This document shows positions 23,861-37,735 of a stretch of DNA of 64,000 bases, piece after piece. Source of the stretch: Hydrolagus affinis (taxonomy: Eukaryota). Within the stretch, counting starts at the first letter, position 1, and every line of letters begins with the position of its first letter. The notes below the pieces were generated by a model. It was given only the letters and a program-made list of their open reading frames with translations, was not told the DNA's origin and searched no databases. The translations under genes were made by a program, and so were the position numbers. Where the stretch lies: positions 1 to 64,000 of the forward strand of contig JAAILG010000197.1 of the NCBI GenBank assembly GCA_012026655.1, given 5' to 3'.

Positions 23861-25154
23861 GTGGCCAAGTGCAGCTCTAATTCTTAATGCAGGTGTGATC
23901 AATTAGCACATACAGTAAAAGTTGCACAAGTTTATTAATCGTATGATCTTTATCTTTATTAATCATATGATCACCCAAGTTGTACATTTGCCTGAGTCCT
24001 ATTCAGTTTCCTATCAAACCACTTACATTTCATTGCACTAGTCGTATTAATCACCTTTTTAACTCTTAAATCATATTAAATGTTATTGTCATGACTGATA
24101 TCTGAGTTTTACTGCATTAGAAATCAAATTTTTGTCCTGTTGAGTTTTTCTTAGATTCAATACTACTTTGAGTGGTATTTGTACTGAATTGCTAACATAT
24201 CAACAGTTTATATCGACACATGCCAATAGGTGAAATATCTTTCAGTGAACATAAAAGAAGCATTAGCTAAACAGAGGCACAAACAAAGGAATATTTGCTC
24301 ATTCAAATGTTACTTTATTGTACCTGTTCCACATAACACAGTTTAGACTATATTTGAATGGATGACATGAGTTTTGTTTTTCTAAATGCTGACTGTGCCA
24401 AACTAATTCTGGTTCACAATTACTGTAATGGTGCCAAATATCAATTTCCCATTGTTCCATTCCTGAAAATAGAAAAACAGTTCTTTAATTTAATTAAACT
24501 CCAACTTAATTTCAAAGCTCTCATTTATAACATCAGCACTATCATAAGACTACTGCAGTGTGACTTTTGACTCTATGTGTTACATTTTCTGTTGCTATAC
24601 ACATGATGGAATATATCTTATTATAACAGAGAATATGTTTATATGCCAACTCTGGACTGTGTTATAATGAGAGTGGAAGGATACATTGAGAAAATGGATC
24701 ACTTGCTGATGCAGTGTGTACCACAAATAGATGGACTGACTGATTTATATATCAATACAGTAAAGGTCTCTGTTTGATTTAAATAGTTTAAATTGCCAAA
24801 CTAAAGTAATTGAAGGGCATGCCTTCAATAGGCAGGTTAATGGTTGCAGTTTAAATCTCCATTTGTGATGAAGGATGACTTTTATTGTAATTCAATGACA
24901 GAACACACTGGGAAGTTTCATCTTCTTTGCATAAAAATATCCACACAGCTGCGGCTAGTAAATAATTTTCAGTGTCAAAATGAGTTAAAGAGCTCTCATA
25001 CTGATTGTCTGGTATGTCCAGTGTTAAAAATAAATCAACTTCTTGACATTTAAAGATGTTGCATTCCATGTATCATGTTGGACACTTGGGAATTGTGAAC
25101 CTGGGGTTTGACTTTCAGATCAGATCTCTGTTATTTTGGGAGAATAACAATAAC

Positions 25155-25385
25155 AGATTGGCCCAGTTGGTACCACTCTTACCTCTAAATCTAAAAGTTG
25201 TGGGTTCAAACACCCACGTCAGGATTTTGAGCTCCTAGATAAGGTGGATGCTCCAAACCAGCATTGTCAGAAGTGCTGCACTTTAAATGAAACATTAAAC
25301 TAAGAGATAAAATTAGTCATTCACTACATGACTGTTGTGGATCATTGCTTTGCACAAATTGGATACCAGCCTACCTGCAAAATAC
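25155..25385 (+). mobile_element. Old DeuSINE-like copy
   Basis: ttggcccagttggtaccactcttacctct...gttgtgggttcaaacacccac...gcattgtcagaagtgctg...ttgctttgcacaaattgg. Confidence 0.7.
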
Positions 25386-25624
25386 ACAAGATGAATGGTG
25401 TCTATATAGCACCTTCACATAAGACATTGTTTTGGAATCATTTACAATGACTGGGTCGAACACTGAGCAAAGTACCATTACTGCTGAGTCCAATACAACG
25501 GATTTTGCATTTGCTTCAATCGAAGGACCAACAAGATTGAAGAGAATCTGAATAGAGGTTTGGAAATGTTGAATTGTAACTATTTGGATCCATTTACATT
25601 TCAATTAGGCTATCTCTAATCCAG

Positions 25625-25800
25625 TTTAATGATGATCTTGCTTTGGGTTAGGGAGGTTACAGAGGATATAGGGGAGGGAAGTGAGATGGAAGGTTAGAGT
25701 AGAGGTTGACGGGAGGTTAGAGGAGAAGTTGGCGGGAGGTTAAAGTAGAGGTCGGGGGCAGGAGGTTAGATTAGAGGTTGGAAGCATGGAAGTAGGATTG
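25625..25800. repeat. Purine-rich degenerate minisatellite (ggaggttagagtagaggtt-like, ~4 units)
   Basis: Repeated gaggtta motif; begins in sequence resembling antisense old L2 (ggaggttacagaggatatagggg). Confidence 0.55.
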
Positions 25801-26049
25801 GTGTTGAAGGATACTGTAAGGAGAGCATTCCTTCTATTTATAGTCAAAATCCACAGGTTTCAGAAAGAGATATTGTGTATGGTATAGTACATTGATGCAT
25901 TTACTTCTTTTTCCTGGATATCCAAGCTATAATCAGAGCTAAATTGTAGATCTGACATTTTTATATAAAGAGTTTTGGGATCCTGAGTTCTGTACAGTAC
26001 TTATATGTCATTGTAACTTAATTTCATTGAAATAAGCAAATTGAGGCCC

Positions 26050-26310
26050 AAGTGGAGTGAGAACAGGAGTCCATTGTTTGACCTGTTAAACCTGCTTTGC
26101 CACTATCTTAGATTGTGGGATCTATTTGTATATTTTAATTCCTCTTCCCTGCAATTTCTCCATATCTGTTAATACATCTCTCTCTGAAACACCTCAGTTG
26201 CTTTTGCCTTTGTGGCCTTCTCGGGCAATAAATCCTGTATTCTCATAGCCCTTTTGTGTCAGGAAACCTTATCAAAAGAATATCACTGGTGACCAACTAG
26301 GATTCTCTCC
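26050..26310 (-). mobile_element. CR1-type LINE 3' end, degraded
   Basis: gaacaggagtccattgtttgacctgttaaacctgct...ttctccatatc...ttctcatagcccttttgtgt. Confidence 0.5.
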
Positions 26311-26667
26311 CTCAAACCAGATATGGTTTTGTTTTGAGCAGTAACATTTCCAATAAAATAATCCACCTTTCCCGAGAGTATTTGTTTATACTCTTGCAAT
26401 TGAGTGAAAATTAACAAGGTGGTCCAGTGCCAGTCTATAATGACACCCATTTCTCACCTAATGAGGTTAGAGAGGCTTATTTTTCTAATCCACCCAACCT
26501 TCCTGGCACTGAATATAAATCCAAAAATAATATTTTGAGTTTGCAGTATAGTGAAGTCAGAATTGCCATTAATGTTAGTTAAACTTTTTGTAATATTGGG
26601 AAACTTCATTAATATTTGATCCATGTTATGAGCTGTTTTCTGCCTCAGTTACAGACATTGATGTAGA

Positions 26668-26825
26668 ACAACAGTGACAACAACAACAAAATTATGTTTG
26701 TATAGCACTTTTCATGTTGGGAGGTCATCCCAAGGTATTGGATGTTCAATGTTTCAGACCCGAGCTGGGTTTGGGATCGGGAAGGATGGAGGGAAAGGAG
26801 GGGATTTGGAGTAACAGATGGGACT
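26668..26825 (-). mobile_element. L2 3' UTR and tail
   Basis: caacaacaaaattatgtttgtatagcacttttcatgttgggaggtcatcccaagg...tttcagacccgagc. Confidence 0.85.
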
Positions 26826-27883
26826 ATTCAAGAGGAGTGTCCTTGGTCGAATCCTCTTCACACTCTATATGCTCCCCGTCGGTGACATCATCCGCAGACA
26901 TAGGGTTAATTTCCAATGACAACTCTACCTTTCCGTTTCCACCCTCAACTCCACGACCACCAGCGTCCTGACTGCCTGCCTGTCTGACATTGAGTCCTGA
27001 TGAAAAACAACTTTCTCCAGCTGAATGTGTGCAAGACTGAGGCTCCCCTGATTGGCTCACTTCAGTGCCTCCGCCTGAGAGCATCTAGGGTGGCACTCTC
27101 CACCTCTCTTAGCCAGTCAGGAAGCCTGGCGTCCTATTCGACCCCGAACTGTCTTTCCTCCCCCACATCCACGCCATGACAAGTACTGCCTTCCACCACT
27201 TTCGAAACATAGCAATACTCTGCCCACCCCTCAGGCTGCGGAACCCTCATCCACGCATTCATCACATCACAACAGCTCGATTATGGAAATTCCCTCCTCA
27301 TCGGCCTTCCTGGTTCTTCCCTTCACAAACTGCAGATCATCCAGAACTGTGCAGCTCATGTCCTCACCCGCACCAAGCTCCACGACCACATCACTCCCAC
27401 CCTCGCCTGGCTCCATTGGCACCCCATCCCCCAGAGGATCGAATTCAAGATCCTCGTCCTCACCTTCAAGGCCATTCACGGCCTTGCGCCCACCACCTCT
27501 CCGAACTGCTGTCCCCCTATGAACTTCCCTGCCCACTCTGTTCAATGGGCTCCAGCCTGCTCCATGTTCTGCGCCCAACCCGCCCTACAATTGGAGGATG
27601 GGCTTTCAGGCTTTCTGCTCCCACACTGTGGAGCTCCATCCCACAGTCCGTTTGCCTCGCTCCCTCCCTTTTCTCCTTGAAGGCCGGTCTCAAGACCCTC
27701 CTCTTCGACTGTGCCTTCTGCTGCCCTCCCAACTCTCTCCCTCCCTTCCTAACTCTTTCCCGTCCCTCCCCCCTGCCCTATCCCTCTCCCTTGCTCGGGT
27801 CCCGTCCTGACTGTTCAGTGCCTTGGGACGTGCTCCCGACGTGAAAGGCGCTCTATAAATGTAATTTTGTTGTTGTTGTTGTT
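26826..27883 (+). mobile_element. L2-type LINE 3' ~1.05 kb (RT core to tail), frameshifted
   Basis: Begins in the RT core ([22 protein letters not shown]), continues through SRLDY/LHWHPIPQRIEFKIL-like sequence, SLKAGLKTLLFDCAF, hairpin and (TTG)n. Confidence 0.93.
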
Positions 27884-28033
27884 ATCTCTCATCCAGGACT
27901 TGATGTCTGACAGGACCACTACAGTGGTCCTGGAATTGAGTGTAGAGGCAGGAAGATAGAGTTGAAAATTGACCCCATCTCTGCGGAGGATGTCATTAAG
28001 TGGGAGCATGTAGATATTGAAAAGTATGGACAA
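27884..28033 (-). mobile_element. L2 RT-core fragment in opposite orientation
   Basis: ORF 27815-28033(-): ILFNIYMLPLNDILRRDGVNFQLYL...LSDIKSWMRDN. Confidence 0.85.
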
Positions 28034-31000
28034 CAGTTCTAGTCACGGACACAGTGTTAATAAGTTCTTTACTCCTCCCCTCTAGAGAAACTCTTTCAAT
28101 ATGTGTACTGAAGCTGTAATGAAGAAAATAAGCAGCTTGCACATTTTGAAGTGTGTTGGAGCCTTGTATAGTATATCATTGCTGCATTCTATCAGGTTAC
28201 TACAACTCCTGAAAGGCAACTATATTTACTAAGCATTTTACCATGATGAATCAGCAGCCAGCAAGTATAGCTGATGGATTTTTCCCTCAGTGACTGATTG
28301 GAGCTTTATTGCAATGGAACTATTCAAATGAACAGCACGGATACTGTCACTAGGCATTCAGTGAGTGCTCCATACAATGTAAGGGAAAGGGTGCTGACAG
28401 GCAGTGCCAGCATACTTCTATTTGGAAATTGGCTGCCTTATACTGAAGATCCATGCAATGGGCTGTGGTGTCCATCCAAAGTTTGTCCTGAAAACCCCAA
28501 AACTTTAAACTTTACTTTCCATCTTCTAGACATGAAAATGGAAATTGCTTAAATCTCCGAAATGATTAATTTACAGAAATGCAAATGTCTACTTTTAATA
28601 ATACATATAATCCATATTTTGATTAAACACATCCAGTTAAATGTGTATCTCAACAGTCATGTCTCTAAGGCTCAGTTGAATGAATTAGGCAGCTTTTCTG
28701 GGCTTAATGACTAGTATCATCATATAAATGATCCTTTGGATCTATAGAGCTATTCAGCTTCTGTGCATCTGGTAGTCTCTTTTCATGAGATGTCTATTGT
28801 GATGATCTGTGCAGGTTGGGAATGGGATGCTATGTTTCCAATTTACCTGGAAACATGGCTCCTATTGTTTCTGTTAGAATTCTGGCCTCGTGAAGTTTCA
28901 CTCATGGGAGCAAAGGGCTTCACAATACACATGAGTGAATTGGTGAAGCTGGTCTCTTTCATTTTCTGAATATTATTGGTTTCTGTTGCTCACATCCTCC
29001 AACTCCAGCTCCATCACAAATGTATGGAATTCCCTCTTCAAATGGTTACAACTATCTACCTTCCATGTCTCCCTGGGAAGACATACATTACCTGTGACAG
29101 CTAAACAAAAAGAAAGCTTGAAATGTGAAATCATCATTTGACCTGTTGTCTACAGAGGGAACAAACACAACAGAAATCTGCCCAATCACAAGCTTTGCCC
29201 ACCACTTGCATAAATGTTCGTTTAACCTAACTATAAAGTATTCAAAAGCTCCACAATATTTATCCATCTCCACTGTTGCAAACCGACTTTCTTACTTCAC
29301 AGAGATATCCGTCCCCAGCAGCACAATGAAACTCGGTGTGTCCTATTACATAGTTAGCTTTCATCTTGATGTACCCCTTTCCCTATTCCTTTGTATACAA
29401 CTACAAAGTATAGTACTCACTCACTTATTTTTTACACAAGTCCATGGATGCTTCATACCATGGACTTGTCATCCAAGTCATACCAATGCTTGAATAGTGT
29501 TTTCAAGGGTGCAGTTCCCAAATCTATGCCCATTATTCCAAAGGTAACCTTTTCAATGATCCATCCAAGATTAGAATAATCACATAATTCGCAGTTTAAA
29601 TGCCCTCCGAAATCAGCCTACTAGCAGGCATCACTTTCCATATCAGATTTATATTGGAGATGACAGTCCTCCGATATAGTATCAATATTGATCAACAGTG
29701 GAACATGAGGCTTGACCAGCCATCAAAGGCTCAAATGCAGAGATCCGGAAGGAATTAAGGAAAGATAAATATGACAAGAAAAACGTTGACACAGTTTGTA
29801 GCATGATGATTAACGTGTGACAGAATAAATGTTGACAGTTGAAGAGGAAATAGCAGGAAAGATTTTTTTAGAATATAGTGAAATAAAGTATAAAAGTGCA
29901 GAACAAGTGTTAAAAGTCTAGATAAATAAAAAAAACACAATTAAAGAAATACAGGAAGAAAATATATGTCCATTTCTTAGAATAAACATGAAAGTCTTTT
30001 TAATTTTGTTGGAAAAATACGATAAATTTCTGTTCTTTAGTTTATTAAATGGGTTTTCTGTAATAGGAGTGTGCTAGTAAAATGAATAAATCAGGGTGTT
30101 CCATTTAATAGGCCTCAATTATGATAGTCTTCCTCTTGTGTCAGCACAACTGTGTGAGTTTTATTATAATACGTCTAAGTTCTTGCTGACACAACATTAA
30201 AGGGTAATTATGGTGGGACTTGCATGATTTTTAATTTAATATTTTATTGGCCTGAAACAGAGCAGAATTAATCTGTAAAGTAGAAGAAACCAATTCAACG
30301 AGGATCCATGATAGAGAGCAGGAGAGAAATGCTTTATACTTGGAAATGTGCATGCCCCATATATCCTTAACATCCTGTGAATATATGGAGAAATAACAGA
30401 TAAATATATCTAAAGGCTCAAGTTATATTGATTAATGTGCTGAACATGAGATTTTTATCTCAAGCTAATATCATGAACGCCAATTATAAGTATGTTATAT
30501 TAATGTTTCACTGCATTCAATATGTGTGCTCTATTTAGTAGCTTTTAGATGATATTTTAGTAAATGTCATAAAGGTTTATTCTCCTCAGTTGATTTAGAT
30601 TATAGCAGAATAACTTCATTTTGTTCCTTCCCTTGATGAAAATGTTTAACTCTTTTGTTTCCCTTTACAGGGTATATTTTTACAGCAACCCTTATTTATA
30701 TGTAGTCTCAGAGAGTGATTGTCAGCAAGTTATTCGAGTTTGAAAATCATCACAGCCAAGCCCTTTCCTGTTCTCATCTGTTGTCCCCTTTCCAACAGGA
30801 GTGACGAAATAGTACAGTACTTGGGAGGAGCAATCCAGTCAGACATTTATTCTGCATTAGATGCCACATTTAATAGCAAAAATAATTACATGTCACCATT
30901 CACTGCTCATATCAACGATAAGGCAATTTCTAACAGGAGATGGCTGTGAATAAGTAGATTCCGTTATGAATATTCTCTTTAGAATGTATTATTTGGAGAA

Positions 31001-31439
31001 TTGTCCAAAATCTCCAAATGCGTTTTTACCTCCAAGCCATTTAATTGGTAGATTTTGATGTAATTGACAATGACCACCAGCTTTTAACTATTCAATTAAG
31101 GGTCCATGTTTTTCATGAGAATTTCTTTTCTAGTCTGTGTTTGGGGAGTAGCCTTGAAGTAATCCTAACTCTTGCACATGACTTGAATGCTAAAATAAGA
31201 ATTAATTCCTTATATTGCCATTTATAACATTTCCACTCATAAAACGTAGTAAAGCAATTGGCAATGAGCAGAAAATAGACCTTCAAGTAGTCATTTTCAT
31301 GTTCAGTTTCAGAGCTTTATATTTTCATAATTTGGTTTTTATGATCCACATTGCTTTTAGTTTAACAATGATCAGTTTCAAAATGTTATTCTCTCCTCCT
31401 ATGACCACTCCTGTGCTCCTGTGCAGAGGAAATTAAGGG

Positions 31440-31745
31440 ATGATTTGATATTTTAAAGAATGTAAAGAACTGACAGCAGATAACTCTAACAATACAAGGG
31501 GGCGTAACCTTCAGAACTGAAATGAGTACAACTGAGGACAGGGAACATTTCTTCACACAAAGGTTTTATGACGATGTAGAATACCCTGTCCCAGAAAACT
31601 GAACCAATAGTGATATTTAAAGGAAAGAAAACAGATATTTAAGTAATTGAGATGTGAAGGACAGGGCATTGGGACCAAAAGTTTTTCCAATATCTGATGG
31701 AAAGGCTCAATGGGATGAAAGGCCCCTTCCTGTTCTACTTTCCTA
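31440..31745 (+). mobile_element. CR1-type LINE 3' end
   Basis: TRG(H)-like acaagggggcgtaacc, catttcttcacacaaaggttt (FFTQR) and aatgggatgaaaggccccttcctgttct terminus. Confidence 0.7.
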
Positions 31746-32344
31746 TTTTAGGTAAAATATCATTGCAACATTCCCCGAGACATACATAAATAACTTCTGA
31801 TGTTCATTTCATTAAGAAGAAAGCTTTAATTTTTCACACACTCTTTTGTCTTTGTTTTCAATAATTTCTGTGCAAGTATCAGGGGCTTTTGATGCATAAC
31901 TACGAAGCAAATAGCATTGGAAATGTCACCGACATACTACTTGCCTTTATATTTTTCCAAGCCATGGCCCACTGTATTCCTGCTAAAAAAAAAGCGCAGA
32001 GTGATTAATCATACAGTATTTGGTGGTATAGCACAAATGAGATGCATTGCAAAGAGCAGTCATACTACAGTGGCTCCAAATGGAACAGCAATTGAAATCA
32101 AGTTCTAAACCAATGTTGGAAGCATTTTATTTTTGCACAGAGGGTTATTAGGATGTGAAACACATTCTTATTCACCTATCAGCCACCACTAGTGGCTATT
32201 GAAAACAAGTTAAGTTTGACATTTAAAAGGCCATGGTGGGCGGTGGGGCGAGCAAGGTATTTGAAAAACAACCGAGAGCTTCAGTGGGGGTGCAAGCATC
32301 TCACAGGCAGAGTAGGCCGAATATTTCCCTTTTGAGCAGAATTC

Positions 32345-33075
32345 TGTGAGCCTGGCTGAAGAGGCATCACTCTTGCCTCTGAGTGAAAAGGTTGTTGGTT
32401 CAAGCCCCACAGTGTTACTTTGAACTCACGTAGTCAAGGCTGATATTTCAAAGCCTTGCTGCATTTTTGGAGTTGCTATCCTTCAGATGAAATGTTAGTC
32501 CGAGGTTCCATCTCAGGTGGAAATTAAAGATCCTATCACACTATTCAAAAACAGAAGGAAGTTTTTCCTGTTGAGCAATTCTCCAAATAAAATTGATCCA
32601 CTAAGCTACAGGATGTGAAGTTGAGGTGGTTGGTTGAAGTTGGTGGTTAGAGCACTCACTTCTCAAATGGAAAGATCTGGGTTCAATTCCCAGCAGGGCA
32701 AAATGTTAGGCAAGTTTGCTTACTCCACACATTTAGCAGTAAATAGAAACCTGATTGTTAGTCAATTAGTGGTTTGCGTATCCGGGGGTAATAATTGCCT
32801 TTTAAAAAATGTTTTTGCAATACTGTTGTTTGCAATCGGTTGCTGCGTTTTGTCCACCAAATATACAGTCAATTTAGTTTACAGTGTATTCTGTGAAGTG
32901 CATTGAGACATCTCGAAGACGTGATGATAAAGCATTATATCATTACTATTATCCTTCATAGCTGTTTATGTGACATTGCTGTATGCAAATTGGTTGCCAT
33001 GTCCATCTACAAAATACCCAGACACCACATATTAGTGGAAATATTAAAGGGCTCCTGATGTGAAAGGCACTATGT
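32345..33075 (+). mobile_element. Old DeuSINE-like copy interrupted by a younger SINE (~32630-32952)
   Basis: Head cactcttgcctctgagtgaaaaggttgttggttcaagccccac; body tcaggtggaaattaaagatcctatcacactattc; resumes gctgtttatgtgacattgctgtatgcaaattggttgcc. Confidence 0.8.
32630..32952 (+). mobile_element. tRNA-headed SINE, variant with a different middle segment
   Basis: gtggttagagcactc, gggttcaattccc, cttactccacac, extra gcagtaaatagaaacctg... segment, then the standard tail. Confidence 0.8.
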
Positions 33076-36000
33076 CATGATGTCATGTTATTACCCCCAT
33101 CATATATAGGTAGAACACTGTGAAGATTAAAACACAACAACAGTCTCCTAAACAGAGCACACTTTATAATCCAAAGATTAAATGGGGTAAAGTTTAGTTT
33201 TTTTCAGGGTCATGGGATGTCCTCCCGATGTCAAAGGAGCTATACAAATGGAATTTTGTTATTATTATTTACAGCATTTCGAGTATGTTCCTCCTCTTCA
33301 TTTCTACAGAGATCATAGTAAGGAATGTCGCAAACCTTTCCCCCATTTATATAATATTCTAGAAGATATTTGTTCTCATTCGCCTCTCACCCTAAAGACC
33401 AAAGCCAGGTAGTTCAGTAATAGTCCTCCAATTTCACGCCTTCTTTATAGGGAATAGCACCTCATTTCCACTTTGGTAAGGTTTTCCACTGGTTTGTGCA
33501 GTACTCCATTTGAAGGGAGCCAACAAACACTACCAATGGTATTGGCATTTTGACATATTGTTCCATAGGTGAGAAGTACAAAACCAATTGTGGCCCTTTG
33601 TTTCTTGTTTTTACAAGGATGCTGACGTTCTGTACTGAAATAAACATTCTTTTATTTCAGTGCTGTCCACTTATATTGAAACAAGCCTGAATTTGACACA
33701 TGCTGTCTGTCTTCCTTTTCCACAAGACTACCAAGCAATATTTGTTACAGCAATTCATATATCAGATTCATTAGAGGGAGACTCTTGCTTGTTTGCTGTC
33801 TTGGATTGTGCACACAAGAGCCTTGTCAGAGATTCAACAGTTTTCCAAACACCGAAAATGGAAAAAAATCTCTCATCCTGTGGCAGCTTAGTGCAGCTTC
33901 CCAACACAATGAGATTCAGTAACTCATACTGAGTTGTGCTGAGTCCTTAATGTGATGCAGAGCCTTATCACATAAAATATCTCGAAACCCTTAACAATAT
34001 TGATAATATTAATCCTTGCAGTTGATATATCGCTTTAAACTTTGCCGTTAAGTGTAGTGACTGCGCATTTATATATGAGTGAACAGCAATATTCCACAAA
34101 ATGTCATGAAGTGAACAATCAATTGTATCTGAGGGATTTATGGAAACTTCCTTCTTCTTTTGAATAGTCCATAGGATTGTTAATGTACACCTCAACAGAC
34201 ACTTCTTGCATCACCTCTGACATTGCAGTTTTCCCCCAGCACTGAATTGGAGCAACAACTGAGACTGAATTCAAATCTTGACACAACCTTTTGACCCAGC
34301 GACAAAAGTGCCACGGAACTGAGCCAGGCTGACATTTATACTGTTCTAATACTTGCAATGGATTATATTTAAAAATCCATTAAGCGATAGATTGGTAGTC
34401 TTTTAAAAATCATCTCTCGATCTAAAGGGGATCAGGACCACGCTTTGAAAACTGTAATATTATTTAATGGAAGTACAGTGCTGTATTCTGACAATTGAAA
34501 CTTATTTTCTAGCTGTTATGTATCAATCAGGATGCAACATATTATATGCTACACTCTGCAGTCCTTCAGTCATATGATTTCAGACAAATGGGGTATTTGG
34601 TTTTCCGTATGTGCCCGACTTCTGAGTTACCGAAAACATTGATTCCCTTTCTATTGCAGCCTTGTAACACTTATGTCTAAACTTAAGTGGCTGAAGTACC
34701 AATAATTAAGTGCTGATTCATTGAAAGTTTGAAACTGCACATTATAACACAGAAGACTTCCAGAAAACTTCCAAAACTTCCCTGAACTGCATAGTGCTTG
34801 GTCCTGGCTTGTTCAGAATTTTGTGGTGGTGGACTGAAGGCAATATTGATAGCCAATACATCTTCAAAAATGCACTGCAGTAAAATAAAGGACTGCTGCA
34901 AACACTAAGGGAGGTATACATTGGGGTAAAACAATCCTATATATTTCCCCTCCTATCACACAATGTGAAAACTGTCTTATTTTGACAGTACAGAATTAAA
35001 TTGATTTGGCTGTGTCATAGCCATTGTATCTGTAAGGCTTTGAAGTCAAATGAACTTGCATGAAACAGCCGTGTTGCGAGTGATATGCAGTAGCTAACAG
35101 GCAGCAAGCCTTATGTCAGCTTGTCAAATAATATTAGATCACCCTTATGTTACAGTTCAGCTCAACAACAGCTGCCAGAATTGTCAAATGATTTCAGCAC
35201 AAAAGTCACTTCATTGAAAAACAGAACTGCACATAAGAGACACATATCGAAGTAGACCGTGCATTCAGGACAAAGATCTATGAATTGTGGGGTACCAATC
35301 AGTCTGTTTGTTTTAGTTTCCTTGATTGAATGCAATGCCTAATTGCAACTGCATCATCAGACCAGAAAGGTTAAGAAAGTGTATGGTTTGTCTCAAAAAC
35401 GTGATAAAGTGATATATCAAATGCCAAGGATTATTATTACTACAGTATGTGTTGCCATAGCTTGGTTTTACTTTGAGAAGAGTTTTCACACTTATTTAAT
35501 TCAACTGAAATTATCTCCTTATCTTTCTTCTTCGCTCTAAAACCTGCATGAATCACACGCCTAGCTTACAAAAAGAGATATTCCCTGCTAACAGAGTAGA
35601 ACTGTTTCCATTTGTGAACATTGCATTGAATGAATGGATTATAATTATCCCAGTAAATTAGGTTATGGTTAAATATTTGATCAGATTATCTTTTACCTGC
35701 TCTAAATGGTTCTTTCTTTCGCTGAGATCCATCTATCCATTCAATCTTTTATTTAGTTGCATCTCACCATCACTCTAACCAACATCTTTATCCATTCCCC
35801 TTTGATTTATTTTAAACCACAATACAAGCAGGTTGCCCAGATTTGATATATTCAAAAAGAGAAGCGAAACGAGGTGAGTGCTCCAACTACTCAGCTATAG
35901 CATTCCACGATTCAGTTACTGCACTGTACAGAAAACCCTGTGAAGCACTTTTGAGACATCCTGCCAAAGTGAAACGCACTGTATCAAATGCAAGCCTTAA

Positions 36001-36967
36001 TAATAAATCTATCCAGAGGTTTCATGTGGTTGGTTAACTTTCTGTTATGTAACCATAGCACCCAAATTTATTAATCTTATTGCTTTGAAATTGGGCGAGG
36101 TAAGAAAATAAATTCTCCATATACTGTTCTTTGGAAATGAATGTGTTGTGTATCAGAAAAGACGGGCCAGCCATCTTGTAGGTACTCAAAAAAATTGTTC
36201 GTTTATATGTGGGCAAGTTAGCCATCAATGATTAAGTACTTGGTCTAATTTATTCTTAGTACTAACACACTTGATTCCTCTTGTCAGAGGAAAAATGATA
36301 ATTAAAACTGTTGAATCAGTTGTTTTATGTAAAGGGGGTAGCTGCATTATTCTCAAACTGTCAAAAAAAAAGTGATTAATTCATAAATGATCTATCTCTG
36401 GTAAGACCATTACTTATTTGGCAGATCTATCTTGCACTCTGTATGCCTTTATAATGTGAAATTTTATTATGAGAATGTAGCAAATATTGCTATTTTCAGC
36501 AATTAGCATAAGGTAGACCCTGTCATGAGTTTCAAATGTACAATGTGCGGCCCTGCCATACTTAAAATTATATATAATAAATTATTTAAAATTATTGATC
36601 TGTAAAACTATTAATAATTTAGAAGATTTGCCAGTGTAATTCTTGTAAATGTCTCAAATTGCACAGTAGCAGTTGAAAATGTATTGATAAACCACACCAC
36701 TGTAAAATGTTGAGTCAGAGCCAGATGTTGTTCAAAGCAAGTTGTGGTTTATCGAGTTAAAGAAAGTAGCTTTGGTTTCCTGTTTATGTCTTCTTTTATA
36801 CACACTGTACATATTTTCAAAGATTACAACAAGCACACCATGTTACATACAGGGAGTGGGTATGTTTTGGGCGTCCTTCAATTCGGATATATAAATTAGA
36901 ATTTAACTTCAATGCAAGCTACTGCTTTTGGGAGAAGAAGCTGAAAGAAAGCTGAAGAACAAATTTG

Positions 36968-37735
36968 AACAGCAACAAAATTACATTTGTAGCGCTCTTT
37001 TCATGTCAGGAGGATGTTCCAAGGCGTTGAATGGTTAGGGGGTCAGGACCTGAGCATGGGGAGGGGAGGTGGGGGTGGGGGGGGTGGGCAGGGTTGGAAT
37101 GAGGGAGTGCCGAGAGGTAGGACGGAGGCTGAAGGCACAGTCGAAGAGGAGGGTCTTGAGATCGGTCTTGAAGTAGGCAAGGAAGGGAGTAAGGTGAAAT
37201 GATTGTGGGATGTAGTTCCTTCCGAAGCATAGGGGCAGAGAGGCTGAAAGCCCAGGCACTGATGGTAGGGTGGGTCGGGCGGGAGCCATAGAGCAGCCTG
37301 GAGCTTGCTAAACGGAGGGAGTGGACAGATTGATAGGGGGTCAGCAGGTCAGAGAGGTAAGAGAGGCCTTGAAAGTGAGGACGAGGATCTTGAATTTGAT
37401 CCTGAGTAATGGGGAGCCAATGGAGCCGGGTGAGAATGGGGGTGATGGAGTCGCAGAACCTGGGGCGGGAGAGGACATGAGCTGCAGAGTTTGGGATTAT
37501 CTGCTGCTTATGGAGGGAAGAGTTGGGGAGGCCAACAAGGAGGGAGTTGCCGTTGTCGAGCCTTGAGGTGGCAGACGCGTGTATAAGGGTTTCAGTGGCC
37601 TGAAGTGTGAGGTGGTCAGCAGAGATGGGCGATGTTGCAGAGTTGGTGGAAGGCAGTGCTGGTCATGGCATGGGTATGGGGGAGAAAGGTTCAGCGTCGA
37701 AGAAGACACCCAAGTCTGAAGGATTTGGTCAAGCT
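36968..37735 (-). mobile_element. L2-type LINE 3' portion
   Basis: Tail hairpin at 36985-37030; FKTDLKTLLFDCAF; antisense of LHWLP..IKFKILVLTFKA. Confidence 0.92.

Noticed and set aside
30640-30745. Strong plus-strand acceptor at 30670
   Set aside because: No nearby consensus donor, and all three frames close within ~75 nt.
33661-33932. Acceptor followed by a 90-aa open frame
   Set aside because: No convincing donor and no recognisable protein similarity; compatible with chance.
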